NCBI RefSeq assembly: GCF_000237865.1
Contig: NC_017459.1
Coordinates: 840,001-872,000 of the forward strand
Length of the DNA stretch: 32,000 bases
DNA from: Haloquadratum walsbyi C23
GTDB taxonomy: Archaea; Halobacteriota; Halobacteria; Halobacteriales; Haloferacaceae
Direction: 5' to 3'
Shown here: positions 30,167 through 32,000 of the stretch, one piece after another
Layout: each line of letters starts with the position of its first letter
Position numbering within the stretch: position 1 is the first letter of the stretch
The notes under the pieces: generated by a model
What the model was told of the DNA's origin: nothing
Database searches by the model: none
Seen by the model: the letters and a program-made list of their open reading frames with translations, nothing else
Position numbers and translations under genes: made by a program

Positions 30167-30420
30167 CTGTCTCTTACCCATAGGTTCGTGGAGTCGTAAC
30201 CGGGCGTTTCAGACGCTCTCAGAGGTATTTTGAACGCAAAAAATCGAGGCGAGAAGCGACTCAGACAGTGATATCGGCTGTGGGGGTTATAGAACGCCGG
30301 TAATCAACTCCACTACAATTGTTCCAAAGAGGTGTTGAAACTGTAGATGCCGAGGATTTCAGTCGTGCTCGCCGATCCCGCTCCGCTACAATCCTGACTC
30401 GATTTGTGGGTAAGAGACAG
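30167..30420. mobile_element. 254-bp MITE (non-autonomous transposable element) with IS4/IS50-like termini
   Basis: Perfect 14-bp terminal inverted repeats: CTGTCTCTTACCCA (30167-30180) and TGGGTAAGAGACAG (30407-30420). Flanked by a perfect 10-bp direct repeat. There is no ORF inside. Internal long-range complementarity: ACCGGGCGTT 30199-30208 with AACGCCGGT 30293-30301. Confidence 0.85.
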
Positions 30421-30430
30421 GTCTCTAACA
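30421..30430. repeat. target-site duplication, right copy (GTCTCTAACA)
   Basis: See the left copy at 30157-30166. Confidence 0.8.
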
Positions 30431-30649
30431 GTAACAGTGTTCAAGCGCGACAAGAAGCGCGCACCGTCGTTGTGGCCGAGTGTCCATCTGGGAGGAGTGG
30501 GACACTCCGAACCACCTGTGAAGGGAAATCGCCTGCGGAGTCTGGAACCGCTGTGTCCACGTCGGGAACAAGTTCCAACACAGAGACAGGGAGCCCTGTC
30601 CTCACCAAGCGAGGGGCGGGGAGCCCCGAGCGCGGTAGGGCAGGGTAGT

Positions 30650-31135
30650 TCAGGAACTGCCATCTTTATTATTGGCTTGATCATCGACCTTGCGCGCATG
30701 ATCATCTGCCGTTGAGATAGGCTGAGTGGTGGTAGTAGTCTCTTCAGGGTTGGTGTCGTCATTGTTTGCATCACCGATATAATCATAGTACCGGGTGGTT
30801 AACCGGTATGTTCGATACGATGTAATGAGACCAAGAGCAATACTACCACTACCCCAACTCCACTGACCGCGAAACCCAATCAGAAGGATCCCGATTCCAA
30901 TTCCAGCTACCGCGATATTCGCAAACACAACAGCCACGATGAAAAACCGTGCTTGCTTACCACTAATCGTTTCTCCTGACGCTGCTAATCCGGACTCTTC
31001 ACCTGTCGTTTTCGTACTAGGAATATCAACCGATGGAATCGAGACAAGATCATTCTCTGGATCCCCCCACCGTGACTCTGGGTCATATTCGGTTGGTTCG
31101 TCAGGCCACTCATCACTATCAAATGGCATACACAT
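30650..31135 (-). CDS. hypothetical two-TM membrane protein with acidic N- and C-terminal regions
   Basis: 161 aa from ATG 31133-31135 (MCMPFDSDEWPDEPTEYDPE...) with two hydrophobic helices (FFIVAVVFANIAVAGIGIGILLIGF, GSGSIALGLITSY). The upstream GTG-initiated extension in the ORF track overlaps a repeat copy and is basic. Confidence 0.6.
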   Translation of the reverse strand: MCMPFDSDEWPDEPTEYDPESRWGDPENDLVSIPSVDIPSTKTTGEESGLAASGETISGKQARFFIVAVVFANIAVAGIGIGILLIGFRGQWSWGSGSIALGLITSYRTYRLTTRYYDYIGDANNDDTNPEETTTTTQPISTADDHARKVDDQANNKDGSS

Positions 31136-31184
31136 AGAAATATCCGAGGAATCAAAAGGAGTTCCTTCGGCAAAACCTCCGCTG

Positions 31185-31259
31185 TGAAGTACTCTAGGGG
31201 CAAGCCTCCATGTTTCACCATTCGGAGCTTTGCACCGCACCCAACAGGCGAATTTAGTT
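31185..31259 (+). repeat. diverged copy (A) of the hairpin-bearing intergenic repeat
   Basis: Aligns collinearly with 31576-31649 at roughly three-quarters identity by eye (GTGAAGTAC...CAAGCC...TTCACC...TGCAC.GCACCC..CAGGCGAATTTA.TT). Confidence 0.6.
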
Positions 31260-31288
31260 TAGTTAATATATGTAACGCTCAAAACTAA

Positions 31289-31477
31289 TCAGCAGTATTC
31301 ACTGAGTGTAATCGTCTCTGACGTCTCAACCCATGCAAGAGGGTTCTGTGGGTCATAGAATACGATCCCGTCGTCAACTTCATATGATTCGACATCGTCG
31401 AGTCCTCTTGCTTCACCCACTCGCGCTGGTACAGGCGGCGATTCATCCGTCTGTTCGGAGTCCGCATGGTCGGACAT
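31289..31477 (-). CDS. small acidic hypothetical protein (62 aa)
   Basis: MSDHADSEQTDESPPVPARVGEARGLDDVESYEVDDGIVFYDPQNPLAWVETSETITLSEYC. Halophile-like composition. A TATA-like GTATAAG lies ~30 nt upstream. Confidence 0.6.
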   Translation of the reverse strand: MSDHADSEQTDESPPVPARVGEARGLDDVESYEVDDGIVFYDPQNPLAWVETSETITLSEYC

Positions 31478-31503
31478 CGTGTTAATTGGTAGAGTATGGC
31501 ATG

Positions 31504-31513
31504 ACTTATACTA
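31504..31513 (-). promoter_or_regulatory. TATA-like element upstream of the 62-aa gene
   Basis: On the minus strand AGTATAAGTC is centred ~32 nt upstream of ATG 31477. Confidence 0.3.
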
Positions 31514-31575
31514 ATCGGTGCTATCCAGATATCTTTCTAAGGAGTATAGCAAGAGTTTCACTGGTCAGTTGACCC

Positions 31576-31742
31576 GTGAAGTACCTCGGGGTCAAGCCCC
31601 GAGGCTTCACCGTTTGGGGTCTGCACAGCACCCGCAGGCGAATTTAATTCCCTCCGACCTTCCCCGTGAGGGGTCGGCTGGAATTAACACCCGAACTCCG
31701 CGAGGAGTCCGTGGAGGTCGGCGGCTTCACTCTGCCCGTTGA
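31576..31742 (+). repeat. long copy (D) of the hairpin-bearing intergenic repeat
   Basis: Contains a 35-nt hairpin, GTGAAG-TA-CCTCGGGG-TCAAG-CCCCGAGG-CTTCAC (31576-31610). It then has a segment shared with copy A, a 44-nt near-palindrome (31644-31687), a second GGCTTCAC (31723-31730) and the tail CTCTGCCCGTTGA. Confidence 0.65.
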
Positions 31743-31921
31743 AACCCCCGTCGCACCACCATAGTAGCGGATTTTGAGAGCGGCCACATTTCCAAACTGT
31801 CAAACGACCAGCGAAGGAAATGAGGTCTTCATTTCCATACTTTGATGGGTTGTTTCTGGTGGTTGTCGCCATACCAACGCTAGAAATATTTAAATTTGTG
31901 GCATATAGTGACGGCATTCAC

Positions 31922-31961
31922 CCTCGGGGTCAAGCCCCGAGGCACTCTGCCTGTTAATCTG
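31922..31961 (+). repeat. short copy (E) of the hairpin-bearing intergenic repeat
   Basis: CCTCGGGGTCAAGCCCCGAGG (31922-31942) is identical to 31584-31604. It is followed by CACTCTGCCTGTTAATCTG, which matches the tail of copy D. Confidence 0.65.
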
Positions 31962-32000
31962 TAGATAAGTCGCGTACGCTACTCTCACAATACATAGTTT

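Larger units (their letters stand above)
29985..30646. repeat. GC-rich structured non-coding block abutting the stop codon of the 30650-31135 gene, itself interrupted by a MITE
   Basis: 35/60 and 42/60 G+C in 30541-30600 and 30601-30660. Long hairpins: CCCCTCC..ACGCCC/GGGCGT..GGAGGGG 30026-30067 and GAGTGTCC...GGACACTC 30478-30507. Only basic Arg/Pro/Gly-rich ORFs occur on both strands. Confidence 0.45.

Noticed and set aside
30167-30185. CTGTCTCTTA... resembles the Tn5 mosaic end / Nextera adapter (CTGTCTCTTATACACATCT), so possible library-adapter contamination
   Set aside because: Identity stops after 10 nt (..CCCATAGG rather than ..TACACATCT). The motif occurs as a matched inverted pair 254 bp apart with a perfect 10-bp target duplication. 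That is the signature of a genuine transposition event, not of an adapter.
31684-31917. 77-aa minus-strand ORF between repeat copies D and E
   Set aside because: It is Trp/Gly/Asn-rich and not acidic, and its 3' end (31684-31742) overlaps the tail of repeat copy D. It is probably non-coding, but this is unproven.
1-32000. CRISPR arrays, tRNA and rRNA genes
   Set aside because: I saw no regularly spaced 25-40-nt direct repeats. No tRNA-like T-arm or acceptor signatures (GGTTCGAATCC-type) occur in intergenic DNA. No rRNA-like stretches were seen.

Overview
The window looks like chromosomal DNA from a low-GC haloarchaeon. The predicted proteins are strongly acidic, several starts appear leaderless, and the backbone is under 50% G+C by eye. 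This resembles Haloquadratum, but that is only an inference. Most of the window is housekeeping genes. In order: the end of an Mrp-type cation/H+ antiporter operon (two complete MrpD/NuoN-like genes plus the tail of a third gene), coaBC, an SRPBCC protein, trkA-trkH, gatC-gatA, tfb, a NUDIX hydrolase, an AsnB-like PP-loop protein plus a PHP phosphoesterase, purL, hisF, rpoL, an MBL-fold hydrolase, a small conserved acidic protein, an acyl-CoA synthetase, mre11-rad50, and three small hypothetical genes. I found no rRNA, tRNA or CRISPR array. The unusual content is all non-coding. (1) Three G+C-rich (58-70% by direct count), highly stem-loop-forming blocks of about 220-460 nt sit exactly against gene termini: the gatC start, the MBL-hydrolase stop and a membrane-protein stop. 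They are bracketed by imperfect direct repeats that duplicate the gene end. In the best case the duplicated old stop codon is still followed by its oligo-T terminator. (2) A 254-bp MITE with perfect 14-bp terminal inverted repeats and a perfect 10-bp target-site duplication is nested inside one of these blocks. (3) A family of hairpin-bearing intergenic repeats has at least three clear copies in the last 1 kb and possibly more elsewhere. Several housekeeping proteins (MrpD, Mre11, GatA) also carry long D/T/S/N-rich low-complexity insertions. I could not identify any GC-rich block as a known RNA: the RNase P and SRP RNA signature motifs were sought and not found. They remain candidates for non-autonomous mobile elements or structured RNAs and need covariance-model and comparative checks.
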